From: an uncultured delta proteobacterium
GTDB taxonomy: Bacteria > Myxococcota_A > Polyangia > Fen-1088
Length of the DNA stretch: 64,000 nucleotides
Direction: 5' to 3'
Assembly (NCBI GenBank): GCA_963796685.1
Contig: CAWCMR010000001.1
Location: 1 to 64,000, forward strand
The notes under the pieces are model-generated. The model did not search any database and had not been told where the DNA came from. It saw nothing but the letters and a program-made list of their open reading frames with translations. Shown piece by piece: positions 49,703 to 60,724 of the stretch; the first letter of the stretch is position 1, and every line of letters begins with the position of its first letter. The position numbers were made by a program, and so were the translations under genes.

Positions 49703-51145
49703 CTACCCGGGGTCGTCGGGCGAGGCGACCTCTTCCGTATGGCCGTCCCGGTCTTCCTCGAGACGGCGGTAAATGGTCCGGGTCGCGATGCCGAGCAGCT
49801 GCGCACACAGCCGTTTGTCGCCGCTGACGTGGTTCAAGGTGGAATGGATCACGCGACGTTCGATCTCGACCAGCGGCGTGCCGATGGCGAAGGTGATGCT
49901 CTTGGCGTCCGTGCCACTGCCGGTACCGGTACGGACATCGACGGGAAGATCCTCGATTTCGACGGCGGCGCCGCGCGACAGGACCACCGCCCGCTCGATG
50001 GTGTTTTCCAGCTCGCGCACGTTGCCCGGCCACTCGTAGCGCATGAGCGCCTCGGCCGCAGGGCGGGTGAACCCGGTGAGCTGGCGGCCGTTGCGCTCGC
50101 AATAGAGGCGGAGAAAATGCTCGGCCAACAGGGGGATGTCGTCGCGCCGTTCGCGCAGCGGCGGAACCCGCAAGGCGATGACGTTGAGCCGATAGTAGAG
50201 ATCCTCGCGAAATCGCCCCTCCTTCACCGCCAGGCGCAGATCCTGATTGGTGGCAGACACCAGGCGCAGGCTGACCTTGGTGGTGCGGCCTCCCAGGCGC
50301 TCGACCTCGCCCTCCTGCAGAACGCGCAGCAGCTTGACCTGGACGTGCGTCGGAATCTCGCCGATCTCGTCGAGAAACAAGGTGCCGCCGTCGGCCTGCA
50401 AGAAACGGCCGTCGTGACGCTGAACCGCGCCCGTGAAGGCGCCACGCTCGTAGCCGAAGAGCTCGGCCTCGAGGATGGTCTCGGGTAGCGCCGCGCAGTT
50501 GACGGGAACGAAGGGGCCCGACGGGCGCTGCGAGGAACGATGAATCGCGCGCGCGATCAGCTCCTTGCCGGTGCCGGACTCGCCGAGGAGCAGCACGGTG
50601 GCCATGGACGGCGCGGCCTGCATGACGGTTTCCATCAAGCGACGCCAGGGCAGCGATTCGCCGATCACGGCCTTGTGCCGCTCGGCCTCGAGCTGCGCGC
50701 GCAGCGAGCGGTTTTCCTGGACCAGATTGCGTTTCTCCAAGGCCTTGGTCACGGCCCGCACCACGTGGGCGCGCTTGAGCGGCTTGGTCACGAAGTCGTA
50801 GGCCCCGTGCCTCATGGCATCGACGGCGTTCTCGACGGTGCCGTAGGCGGTCATCAGGATGGTTTCCGTTTCCGGAGAAACGCTGCGACTGGCCTTGAGC
50901 AGGTCGAGCCCGGACATGCCTGGCATCACCAGATCGGTCAGAAGGACAGAGACGGGTTCGCGCCGCAGGATCTCGAGCGCCTCGGTGCCGCCGGCAGCGG
51001 TGAGCACGCGCAGCGATTCCTTCTCGAAGATCTTGGCCAAGGGCTCGACGATGCCCGGCTCGTCGTCCACAACCAGAACCGTGGGCATGACTCGCCCCGC
51101 GGCCTCGGCCGCTTGTCTGTTCTCGCCTGGTGGATCTTTGCTCAC
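49703..51145 (-). CDS. sigma54-dependent response regulator (NtrC family enhancer-binding protein)
   Basis: Receiver domain (VVDDE, TDLVMPG, KP), AAA+ domain ([29 protein letters not shown]) and a Fis-type HTH. Confidence 0.96.
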   Translation of the reverse strand: MSKDPPGENRQAAEAAGRVMPTVLVVDDEPGIVEPLAKIFEKESLRVLTAAGGTEALEILRREPVSVLLTDLVMPGMSGLDLLKASRSVSPETETILMTAYGTVENAVDAMRHGAYDFVTKPLKRAHVVRAVTKALEKRNLVQENRSLRAQLEAERHKAVIGESLPWRRLMETVMQAAPSMATVLLLGESGTGKELIARAIHRSSQRPSGPFVPVNCAALPETILEAELFGYERGAFTGAVQRHDGRFLQADGGTLFLDEIGEIPTHVQVKLLRVLQEGEVERLGGRTTKVSLRLVSATNQDLRLAVKEGRFREDLYYRLNVIALRVPPLRERRDDIPLLAEHFLRLYCERNGRQLTGFTRPAAEALMRYEWPGNVRELENTIERAVVLSRGAAVEIEDLPVDVRTGTGSGTDAKSITFAIGTPLVEIERRVIHSTLNHVSGDKRLCAQLLGIATRTIYRRLEEDRDGHTEEVASPDDPG

Positions 51146-51371
51146 GTCGTCAAATCCAGATTCGCCTCGGGTAGTTCAACCTTGGTGCCATCCCGTCCCA
51201 GTCCGCCTGCCTCTGTAACAAGTTGTAATCGTTGAATCCGAGTCGAAGGCATAAACACCGTTCAGGTGCAGATGCTGTCATCTTGTCACAAAATGCGACC
51301 GAATGCCCTAGCCTGTGCCACTTTGGCAATTGAAGTTCCGAATGACACGAACGACACTTCGCTCCAGATCC

Positions 51372-51412
51372 TTGACACGTGACAGATGTTCCGTACCATA
51401 CGTATGTTCAGT
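51372..51412 (+). promoter_or_regulatory. lexA sigma70 promoter with overlapping myxobacterial-type LexA box(es)
   Basis: TTGACA (51372) - 16 nt - TACCAT (51394). CCATACGTATGTTCAGT (51396-51412) matches 14/17 positions of the Myxococcus consensus CTRHAMRYBYGTTCAGS as I recall it. Confidence 0.65.
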
Positions 51413-51432
51413 AACTGACCATAGGAGCAGGC

Positions 51433-52083
51433 ATGGGCCATCTGACCATCGTGCGCGACGAAGAGCCGGCGGGCGGTTTGACCGAGCGCCAGCGCGAGGT
51501 GCTGGACTTCATCAGCAGTTCGATCCGCAAGCGCGGCTATCCGCCCACGCTACGCGAGATCGGCAGCCACTTCGGCATTCGCTCCACCAACGGCGTGAAC
51601 GATCACCTTCGCGCCCTCGAAAAGAAGGGTTTTTTGCACCGCGAGGATCTCAAGTCGCGCGCCCTGCGGCCGCTCTTCACCGAGGATGCCTTCGTCGACG
51701 TTCCCGTGCTCGGCAAGGTGGCCGCGGGTCAGCCCCTGCTGGCCGTTCAGAACTACGAGGACACGGTCAAGGTCGACCGCTTCTTCATCGGACAAAACCG
51801 CGAGGTCTTCGCCCTGCGGGTGAAGGGCGATTCCATGATCGAGGCCGGCATCTTCGACGGCGACTACGTGTTCATTCGCAAGCAACTGCAGGCCTCGTCG
51901 GGCGAGATCGTGGTGGCCATGATCGGGGACGAAGCCACGGTCAAGCGCTACTACCCAGAGGGCGACAACATCCGTTTCCAGCCCGCCAATGCCGCCATGA
52001 GCCCCATCATCGTGCGCAAGCGGGACTTTCGCAGCGTGAACCTGCTCGGCGTGGTCATCGGCGTCTATCGCAAGATGATGTAA
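51433..52083 (+). CDS. lexA: SOS transcriptional repressor LexA
   Basis: LTERQ...GYPPTLREI winged HTH, VAAG cleavage site, GDSM (Ser) and TVKR (Lys); SD AGGAG. Confidence 0.97.
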   Translation: MGHLTIVRDEEPAGGLTERQREVLDFISSSIRKRGYPPTLREIGSHFGIRSTNGVNDHLRALEKKGFLHREDLKSRALRPLFTEDAFVDVPVLGKVAAGQPLLAVQNYEDTVKVDRFFIGQNREVFALRVKGDSMIEAGIFDGDYVFIRKQLQASSGEIVVAMIGDEATVKRYYPEGDNIRFQPANAAMSPIIVRKRDFRSVNLLGVVIGVYRKMM

Positions 52084-52093
52084 CGCACCGGGC

Positions 52094-52831
52094 TCACCCG
52101 TAGTTCGAGTCCACGTTCGGCTCGCCCGCGACCTTGGCCTCGGCCATGTGGAAGTGACGGTGGAAGAGCGCGTGTCCCAAATAGATGAGCGGCGTGAGCA
52201 GGACTGCCATGATCAGCTTGCCCACGTAGTTGTCGGCAGCGTTGACCACGATGAAATGCAAGGAACGCCTGCCCACCAGGAACACGAAGCTGACCGAGAG
52301 ACTGTCGATGGCTTGCGAGATGACCGTCGAGCCCGTCGAGCGCAGCCACAGCAAGCGCTGCCCCGTCAAGCGACGTAGAATCCCGAAGATGGAGATATCG
52401 AGGAGCTGGCCGATCATGTAGGCGGTGAGCGAGGCGAAGTAGAGGCGCGCGGAGGTGCCAAAGGCGCTGCGAAAGACCGCGTCGGGGATGGGCGAATCGG
52501 GGACAGTCGGCAAGAGCAGGGCCAGGTTGATGGTCCCCCACACGAACAAGGCGGCCACCAACCCCGCATAGGTGAGCCGGCGCGCCCCTTCCTTGCCGTA
52601 GAACTCGTTCACCACGTCGGTCAGGACGAAGGTCAGGGGGAAGGGGATGATGCCGGCCGAGAAGGTGTATCCGGCAAAGGCGAAGAAGTTGCCGCCGATG
52701 AAGTCGCCCACGACCAAGGCCGCCACGAAGAGGGCCGTGAGAAAGACGAAGGCGCGTTGCTTGCGGTCCAAGGGAATTTCCGAAGAGCCAAGAACGCCCC
52801 GGCGCCCAAGACCAGCGGTACCGCCCAACAT
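52094..52831 (-). CDS. Queuosine precursor transporter (Vut_1/YhhQ family)
   Basis: FPLTFVLTDVVNEFYG, ASLTAYMIGQLLD, LWLRSTGSTVISQAIDS; multi-TM. Start uncertain. Confidence 0.9.
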   Translation of the reverse strand: MLGGTAGLGRRGVLGSSEIPLDRKQRAFVFLTALFVAALVVGDFIGGNFFAFAGYTFSAGIIPFPLTFVLTDVVNEFYGKEGARRLTYAGLVAALFVWGTINLALLLPTVPDSPIPDAVFRSAFGTSARLYFASLTAYMIGQLLDISIFGILRRLTGQRLLWLRSTGSTVISQAIDSLSVSFVFLVGRRSLHFIVVNAADNYVGKLIMAVLLTPLIYLGHALFHRHFHMAEAKVAGEPNVDSNYG

Positions 52832-52896
52832 CCTTGACGCGATAACCTTGTCTCGAAAATCGGACTCGCGCCAGCCGCTTTCGCGCGCCAACGCGA

Positions 52897-55800
52897 TCAG
52901 GGCTCGACCAGGGCCGCGTACTCTTCGGAGACCATGAAGGCCACCAGCTCGCGCATGGCCTGGGAGGCACGCATCTGCTCCTGCCTGTGCAGGACGGACG
53001 CGGGTTCCTCGCCGCCGCTGCCGTCCTTGAGCAGCCCGGCCAGGGCGCGTAGGGCGGCCAAGGGATGGCCGCACAGGAGCAGCCCCACCCGATCCGCGGT
53101 GTAACGGCAGCCGCGGATGTAGTCGTCGAGATCGGGCGGATTGGCCAGGGCGTGGCTCGCGTCGGCGATGAGCGCATCCTTGTGCTCGTCGACGGGAATG
53201 AGCGCCGCGATCTCCGGTTTGCGCAGACGCGTGAGCCAGAGCGCGGTGGCTTCGTCGGCGGTCTCCTCCGCGATCTCGAACGGCGTTCCCGGTGCGCCTG
53301 CCACGCGAAGCACGGCCCGCAACATCCCGCGCAGGTTGTCCGGCGACATGCGCAGAACGGCCAACGTCCCGGCGCGCGCTTGTTCCAGGGCGCGCGCGAC
53401 GAAGAAACGCAGATCCGGGGCGTTCAGGGTTTCGGCCTTTCGCCCGATGAGAATGCTCAAGGGTTGGGCGGCGGTGAAGGTCACGTCCACGCCATGCCCC
53501 TGGGCCACGATGGGAATCGGGGGTGCGCCCAGTCGGCCGCGCAGGTCCTCGCAAAGAGCGACCGTCTCGGGCAGAAGCGGCACCGCCGGCTCGTCGTACG
53601 AGGCAGGCCCGGCGCTGGCCAAGGCGCGCGCCAGGTGGTGCAGGATCTTGCGCAGAGGTCCCCGGCAAAGCGTGTGCACGGCGCTGTCGGGCGCGGCTGC
53701 CTCCGGCCGTGGTGTCGTCGCCTCGCCCAGCTCCGCCAGGCGCTTGTCCGCGCCGAGACCCGGGTCGATGAAATGGACCAGGCAGTAGGCGCATCGAGCG
53801 GGGCCCGCGTGGCCTCGGACTTCGAGAATACGCCCCAGCACCATGGCCATTCCAACGTCGCCGGGATCGTTGGCGAGACCGCGCTCGGCAGCGGCCACCA
53901 GCTCGGCCTCGAAGCCGGCCGGCATGGCCCCGCGCAAGAGCGTCAGCACGGCGTCGAGTGCGCCGAGATCGCCGCGCACGACCCTGGATACGAGCTCGCC
54001 CAGGCGCTTGATCGCCAGCTCGGCGTGAAGGGGTGCGCCCAGAAGCGCGGAGCCGAGGGCCGCCTGCGCCAGCTCCTCGTCGTGGCGCGCGAGCAAAGCC
54101 GCGATGGCGACGAGCAAGCCGAGATCGTCCTGCTCGGCCTTGGGAATGGGCGCCGCCTGGACCAGATCCGCGCCCACATCGGCCAGATTGGGCAGCTCCG
54201 CGCGCGCCCAGTAGTAGGTCACCAGGCGCCCCAGGGTGGGCGCGTAGGTCGGGTCGAGATCGGAGGCGCGCAGATAGGCCTCGTTGGCGCCCTCCACGTC
54301 GACCAGGGCGGTGCGCAGGATCTCGCCCTTGCGGAACAGCGCCTCGGCCTTCTTCGCAGGATCGGTCTGGACGCGCGACAGACGCTCGCACATCGCCGCG
54401 GCATCGCGGTGCAACCCGAGCCGCCCGAACGTGGTGGCCATGAGCTCGAGGGTCGAAGCGCGATCCGGCTCGCTGGCCAGGGCAAGCGCGAGGTTCTGTC
54501 GCGCCGCCTGCAGATCGCCGAGCCCCAGATAGACTTGGCCAAGACGCTGGCGAATCTGCGTGAGTCTGTCGATGGACTCCTTGGGCACGAGCCGCACGAC
54601 CTCTTGCAGGTGCAAGGCCGCCTCGGCCAGATCCCCGCGCAGAAGCGCGAATCCCGCCAGCGCCTCGCGCGCACCATCGTGCTGCGGATCGAGCGCCACG
54701 ACCTCACGGTAGGCCGCCTCGGCCTCGACGTGGTCGCCGAACATCTCGGCCAACTCGGCCCGTCGATAGCACAGGGTGTGCGCCGACAACGCGGCCTCGG
54801 CCCCCGGAATCTGCGCCAGCCGCGTGTAGGCCTGGCGTGCGCGATCCCACTCCTGCGCTCGGTAGGCCAGGTCGGCCACGAGCGCCAGCGCGGAGGCGGA
54901 ACCGGGATTCATCGACAGGGCTTCCTCCAGCTCGCTCTGCGCCTGCAGGATCTCCCCGCGCGCGAGCAGCAGGCGTGCATGGACCACCAGCTGATCCACG
55001 CGCGAGCGCGGCGATCGATCGAGCTCGGCGGCCTTGTCCAGCAGCTGCTCGGCCGCTTGCAGGTCGCCCTCGCGCTCGGCGGCTTCGGACAGCGCCACCT
55101 GCAGGCGTGCGCGGTACACATCCGGCAGCGCCGGAACCTCGGCCAGCAAGGCCTGCCGGGCACGGTTGCGCGCCGCCACGTCGTTGAGCCGTCCATAGGC
55201 CTCGAAGAGGGCCTTGGCCACGATGAGGTTGTCGGGGACTTCCGTCCGAAGCTCTTCGAGAACGGTGATGGCGGCGTCCTTGGCGGCCGCAGGCTGCGAC
55301 ACCACCTCGGTCAGCCGCTTGATCAGCGCCGGACGAGTTTCGTCCGTGGCTCGCCTGCGCAGATGTTGCAGGCACAGCACCGCATCGACAATCTCCCCCG
55401 CCTTCTCGGCGAGCTCTGCGCGCAGGCTCAAGGCCTCGTCATCCAAGCTCTCGACCGCCTGGGTTTGCAGCATGGCCAGGGCCGGCCGCGAGCCGTCGAG
55501 CTGGGCCAGGCACGAACGGGCGCAAGCGAGAAGCAAGGAGGAGGCCTCTGCCTCGGCGGTCACGGCCAGCCGCTGCGCCAGGATCGTGGCCGCACCCGTG
55601 AAGTCCCCCTGCTCGATGAGCAGGGCATGCAACGCGTCCAGCAACACCGGCGCGGTGGGTGCCCTGTCGAGCAGCCGGCGCAAGATGGCCTCGGCTCGAG
55701 CCCGGCCCCCGGGCGCACGCGCGAGCAGGGCCGCCAGATCCATCCCCACTGCCACGACATCGACAGCGCCGCGCCCGGGGAATCCTTCCCGCTCCACCAC

Positions 55801-58294
55801 GGCCCACAGCCTTTCGAGCCACTGCAGAAGCTCGTCCTTGCGCGATTGCCGCTTGCAGAGGGAGGCCATGCGGTCGAGCAGCTCGACATCGTCCGGCGCG
55901 TCCGCGAGAAGGTCGCGATAAATCGCCTCGGCCTCCGCCAGATCGCCCTTGCGCTCGGCAGCCACGGCCAGGGAGCGTCTGACCAAGCGGCGATCTTGCT
56001 GGCCGGTCAGACGCGACTCCCGCGCCAACAGCAGCTCGTGCAGCTTTTCCTCGAGACCGAGGGCGTGCAGGGTTTCGACCAGAACTTCGATGCGCGCGCC
56101 CAGGGGCTCGTGCGCGAGGCCTTGCGCCAAGTGCTGCTCGGCCTCTTCCCGCGCCCCTTCGGCGAATGCCAACTCGGCCGTGCGCAGGTGGGCCTCGGCC
56201 AACCTGGACACCGACAGGGTCTTGGCCGAGGTCGAGCTTCGGTAGCCCATGCCGGCCTCCACGCGCTCGCCGGCGTCCCAACCGATGCGTGCCAGGTGGA
56301 AGACCGCCTCCTCGTCCGAGGGCGAGAGATCGAGCAGGACGTTGCACGCTTCCTTCGCGTCCGCCCGCAAATGGGGAACCTCAATCAGCAGCCGGACCAG
56401 CGCGCGCAAGACCGGCTTGCCCTGGTCGGGCCTCGTCTCGCACAGGCGCCTGCGCAGGACCTCGATGGCTCCCTCGAGATAGCCCGTCTCGCCGGCCAGG
56501 CGCTCGAAGCTCGGCCAAGACGTCCTCGCTGGCGGGCGCCAGCCCCAGCGCGGTTTCTAGGAGGGATGCCGCCTGGGCCGGCGCGTGCAGGTCCTGCCAA
56601 GTGATCTGCGCCGCGGCGACCAAGTGGTGAATCTTCTCGGCCGCGCTCTCGGGAACGCGCGCGTCCCCGGCCCATCCCGCCAGGGCCTGGGCCACGCCCG
56701 CGGGGTGGCCGCGCCGATGCAGCAACTCCACCAGGGCCTGCCAGGCGGCGGCAGCCGTGGTGCCGCTGGCATCGCCTTCGATGCAGGCCGCAAACCAGCG
56801 CGAGGCCGACGCGTCGTCGCCCAGGCTCAGGCGCACGAGCCCCATCTGGTAGGCCGCCTCGGCCCGCGACAGCACAGTCTCGGGCCACGCGTCGCGCAGA
56901 AGAATGGATTCCAGCGACGCGGCGGCCTGAGCCACCAGCGACGTATCCTTGGCCAGCCCGCCCTGACGAACGAGCTCCATCACCTGAGCCACCTCGTCGA
57001 GGACATCCGGCTCGGCAAGCGAGGACTCTTCGCCGATGCTGGTCAGGATTTCCTGCCAGCGCCCCTCCACCGCCTGCTTCATGACCTTGGCTCGGGCCAC
57101 GGGACGCAGGGACGAACGGGCGACCAGGCCGCGTTCGAGCGTGGCCAAGGCCCGCTGCGATTGTCCGGAGGCGGCCCACTGGCGAGCCGCCGCGACGAGC
57201 GCGCAGCTCTCGTCTTCGCCTCTACCCTTGGCCGCCGAAAGTTGCGCCACCTGCTCGAACAGCGCCGCGGCCGCGTCCGGCTGATTCCGCGTCGAAGCCA
57301 CCACCGCCAGCGCCAGCAGACCCGGGACGAATTCGGGCCAACGCGAAAGCGCCGCCTGCGCGAGCTCTGCCGCCTGGGCGACGGTGTTTTGACCGGCGAG
57401 CAGAAGTTGCAGCAGACGGGCCGTGCCAACCCGGTCGTCCGAGTCGAGCGGCGCCAGCGCAAGCAGCTGTTCGAGCGCGGTCGCGATGTCCCCGCGAGCG
57501 AGGGCGTTTTCGACGGGCGCGCAGCGGGCGGCAAACTCCCGCATCGGGTAGGCGTCGGGACTGGCATCCTCGCCCAGCAACAGATCCGCGGGGGCATCCG
57601 GATCGGCCAGCGAAAACACCAGCGGTACGTGCGTGGCCTTGGCGGCGCCTCCCGCGACACGAATTTGTACGTGGGCCCGCTCGGGAAGCCGCCACCCGTG
57701 CATGGGCAGGATGGCGAGCATGGCCAGCTCGCACACGTCGATGCGAATGTCCGAAGCGCTGCGAATGTGCAAGAGCGGCGGCAAGACCGGGTCGGGGTCG
57801 AGATTGGCGGGCGATTCGGCGCCAAGGGCGGAAAAGAGCGCGGTCACGACCAAGGGCGCGGGGATGGGGAGAAATCCGTAGCAGCAAACGTCGTAGACGC
57901 AAAGCCCGGCGCCGCGCGGCGGCTGCGGCGACACCAGGGCGGTGGCGGTAATTTCGCTCTCGTGCCCCCCGAGCACGACGCGCGCGCACACGGTCAGCCG
58001 GGAGCCCGATACGGTCACGTGGGGATCGTGGATGCCGAACTCCGCCAGGGGCGCCCGGGCCAGAAAGCCGGTCAGCTCGCGGCTGCCCACGAAGAGCGCC
58101 AGCTCGCGCAGGCGCAGCCGACGATTCTTGAAGCGGGCCACCCCGCCCGACAGATCGAAGGGAAAGCGAAGATTCGGGATCTCGAGCTCGAGAGAATCGA
58201 CCCGGCCCAGCCCCTCGAAGTCGCGCCCGGCCAGGCTCAGGAGTCCACGCCCTTGCACGAATGTGAGTCGAAACGCGCCTTCGCTTTCAACCAT
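52897..58294 (-). CDS. Giant (about 1800 aa) tetratricopeptide-repeat protein (frameshift near 56507)
   Basis: ORFs 56381..58342 and 52897..56409 join if one base is removed at 56507-56508 (AELERLAGETG). Helical TPR repeats throughout; C-terminal TADRVGLL motif. Confidence 0.85.
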
Positions 58295-58949
58295 GGTCTG
58301 CCTGCCTGGGCTGATTGTAGAACAACCGCGCGCGGCGGCCACGGAAGTATGCGAGGAGCAGGATGCTGAACACCAGGCCGATGCCGGTGACGACTAGGGG
58401 CACGCCGACGAGAAACAGCTGCACCTGCTCCCCGACCGAGAGGACCGCCGGCACCGCGCGTCCGGCACGGGCGGCATCCTGCGCGAAGGCCTCGGTCAGG
58501 GTGGGCAAAAGCCAAGGCAGCATCGGGCGCACCACCAGCAGGACGAACACGGCATTGCCAAGGCAAACCATGATACCGGCCCAGGCGGCCAGCGAGGACA
58601 CGCGCCGACCACGAGGGTCGCCCGAGAAGACGGCCGCAACCGCGAACAAGTAGAGGAGCCCAAGCGCGAGCCGAGCCATCGCGTGAATCGCCAGGGAGAT
58701 GGGCCGGTGGCGAGCTAGGGCGTTGCCGAGCACGATCTGCCCGCGCAGCAGCGCCTCCTGCTGGGCATCGAGGCCGCTGTCCAGGCGCAGAACCTCCGGC
58801 TTGCCGCTGACCAGCCGGTGGAGATCGGTCACGCTGCTGAAGAACATGCGCCCGCCCAGGAGCAACATGATCACGGTCAGGAACGTCATCATGCGCGGCC
58901 GACGCCGCCGACCCTCCGGCACGTCCCGTTCGTCACGGCCGAAGGTCAT
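58287..58949 (-). CDS. Multi-TM membrane hypothetical protein
   Basis: Four hydrophobic segments; tightly packed between the PPIase gene and the TPR gene. Confidence 0.75.
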   Translation of the reverse strand: MTFGRDERDVPEGRRRRPRMMTFLTVIMLLLGGRMFFSSVTDLHRLVSGKPEVLRLDSGLDAQQEALLRGQIVLGNALARHRPISLAIHAMARLALGLLYLFAVAAVFSGDPRGRRVSSLAAWAGIMVCLGNAVFVLLVVRPMLPWLLPTLTEAFAQDAARAGRAVPAVLSVGEQVQLFLVGVPLVVTGIGLVFSILLLAYFRGRRARLFYNQPRQADHG

Positions 58950-58955
58950 GGACGC

Positions 58956-60632
58956 TTAGAACATCTGAGGGGGCGAGCACGGCACGTATTGGACCGCGCC
59001 TTCCGGGCCACCCTCGTAGCGTAGGAGGTCCACGTTCACCTCGATCTGCTTGGCGTCGCGCGCCTCGCGGCAGCGCTCCAGCGACCACTCCATGACGACC
59101 GCGCCTGACTTGCGCTTGGCCGCGTCCTCGATGAGGCCGACCTTGTTCTTGTCGAACTCGGACACGTCGGGCTCCTTGCGTTCCTTCAGCTTCACGATCA
59201 TGAAACTGCCCAGCTCCTCGACGGGGCCGGCAACCGGGGCTTCCTTGGTGAGCGCGAAGATGGCCTTGGCCAAAATCGGCGCCTTGCCGATGGCCGCGAC
59301 GGTCGAGCCATGGCGCGAAAATAGCCCGGTTTCCTCGGCTGCCACCTTGTTCTTGGCGACGCTGGACGATCCACCCTCGCCGCCTTCGCCACCTTCGCCC
59401 TCCTCCGGGGCCGGGAAGAGCTCCTTCAAGCTCTTGTCGGGCGAGGCCTTGATCTTGGCCAGGGCGGCGTCCGCCTCGGCCTTGGCCATGGCCCTGCTCT
59501 TCTCCTCGCGCAGCATGCTCTCGGCGAGCTCCAGCTTGGCCGCATCGAAAGAGATGGTGCCCTCGCGCGTGCCTTGGACGAGCACCAGGACGAAGCCGCT
59601 GGCGGTCTTCACCGGTCCCACCACTTCGCCGTCCTTGGCCGCCGTCACCTTGGCGTCCACGTCGGGATCGAGCATGGTGCCGCCCACGCGCTGCCAGCCG
59701 AGATCCCCGCCGCGCGCCTTGGTACGTTCGTCCTCGGACGCGGCCTTGGCGACCTTGGCGAACGGCTCGCCTTTGCGAATGCGCGCGGCCAGCGCACTCG
59801 CCTTCGCTTGCGCGGCCGTCCACTCGGCCGGCGTGGCGTCGGCCTTGACCTTGATCAGAATCTGACGCAGGTGGCGTTGCTTTGGTTGATTCTCATACAG
59901 CGCGGCCTTGCGCTCGTCGTAGAGCTTCTTGAGCGCGTCCAGGTTGGCCGCCGCGTATTTCGCCACGTCATCGGGCTTCAACTCGATCTCGGTTTCGTAG
60001 CGACGAATCGGGAACCGCAGGTACTCCACGTTCACCTGATCCGCCTGCTCCATCCAATCCTCCTTGACCTCGACGGGCGACACCGCGACCCCGGCGCGCA
60101 AGCTGTCGCGCATGAGGTTTGCCAGCATCTCGCGGCGCTGCTGCTCGATGAACGCGCGCGGGGTCATGCCGAGCTGGAATTGCACGAACTTGCGAAAAGC
60201 ATCGTGCGAGAAGACGCCGTCCTGCTCGAAAACCGGCGCATTCTGCACGCGACCGAGGCCGATCAACTTGGACTCGGCGATGAAGTCCTCGACCTGCTCG
60301 TCGGTGACACGGAATCCGGCACGCTGGGCCGCGATGGCCATGAGCTCGCGGTCGATGAGCATGTCCATGATCGTCTCATGCAGGCGCATCATCTTCGCCC
60401 GCTGCGGAGGGATGTTCTGCGCGCCGACCATCATCATCGCGTACAGGTAGTCCTGCCGGGTCAAAAGATGCCCCTCCACGCGCGCACCCTCGATGTTGCT
60501 CTGGGTGCCCCGACCGCGATTGCATCCACCCGGAGACTGGGGGCCGAAGTTGATGATGAAGACTGCGATTACGATGCCAAACAGCACGTAGATTAGCAGC
60601 GACCGTGACTGTTGACGCATCTGCTCGAGCAT
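58956..60632 (-). CDS. ppiD: PpiD-like periplasmic chaperone / parvulin peptidyl-prolyl isomerase
   Basis: MLEQMR plus N-terminal TM, SurA-N-like domain and parvulin motifs (RQILIK, FAKVAKAASED, GGDLGW, GPVKT). Confidence 0.85.
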   Translation of the reverse strand: MLEQMRQQSRSLLIYVLFGIVIAVFIINFGPQSPGGCNRGRGTQSNIEGARVEGHLLTRQDYLYAMMMVGAQNIPPQRAKMMRLHETIMDMLIDRELMAIAAQRAGFRVTDEQVEDFIAESKLIGLGRVQNAPVFEQDGVFSHDAFRKFVQFQLGMTPRAFIEQQRREMLANLMRDSLRAGVAVSPVEVKEDWMEQADQVNVEYLRFPIRRYETEIELKPDDVAKYAAANLDALKKLYDERKAALYENQPKQRHLRQILIKVKADATPAEWTAAQAKASALAARIRKGEPFAKVAKAASEDERTKARGGDLGWQRVGGTMLDPDVDAKVTAAKDGEVVGPVKTASGFVLVLVQGTREGTISFDAAKLELAESMLREEKSRAMAKAEADAALAKIKASPDKSLKELFPAPEEGEGGEGGEGGSSSVAKNKVAAEETGLFSRHGSTVAAIGKAPILAKAIFALTKEAPVAGPVEELGSFMIVKLKERKEPDVSEFDKNKVGLIEDAAKRKSGAVVMEWSLERCREARDAKQIEVNVDLLRYEGGPEGAVQYVPCSPPQMF

Positions 60633-60724
60633 GGAACAAGGCCCTCCGTTTGCGGTTCTTTCCTAAAGGTGCGGCAATCTAGCACGGACTTCCCGGGAAG
60701 CGGAGCGGGGAAAAAGGCAGGGCC

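Noticed and set aside
53065-56604. 1179-aa plus-strand ORF, and similar long antisense ORFs (8059-10173, 25253-26863, 30336-32192, 33725-36373)
   Set aside because: Shadow ORFs opposite well-supported genes; expected in high-GC DNA with strong GC3 bias, and they contain no recognisable motifs.
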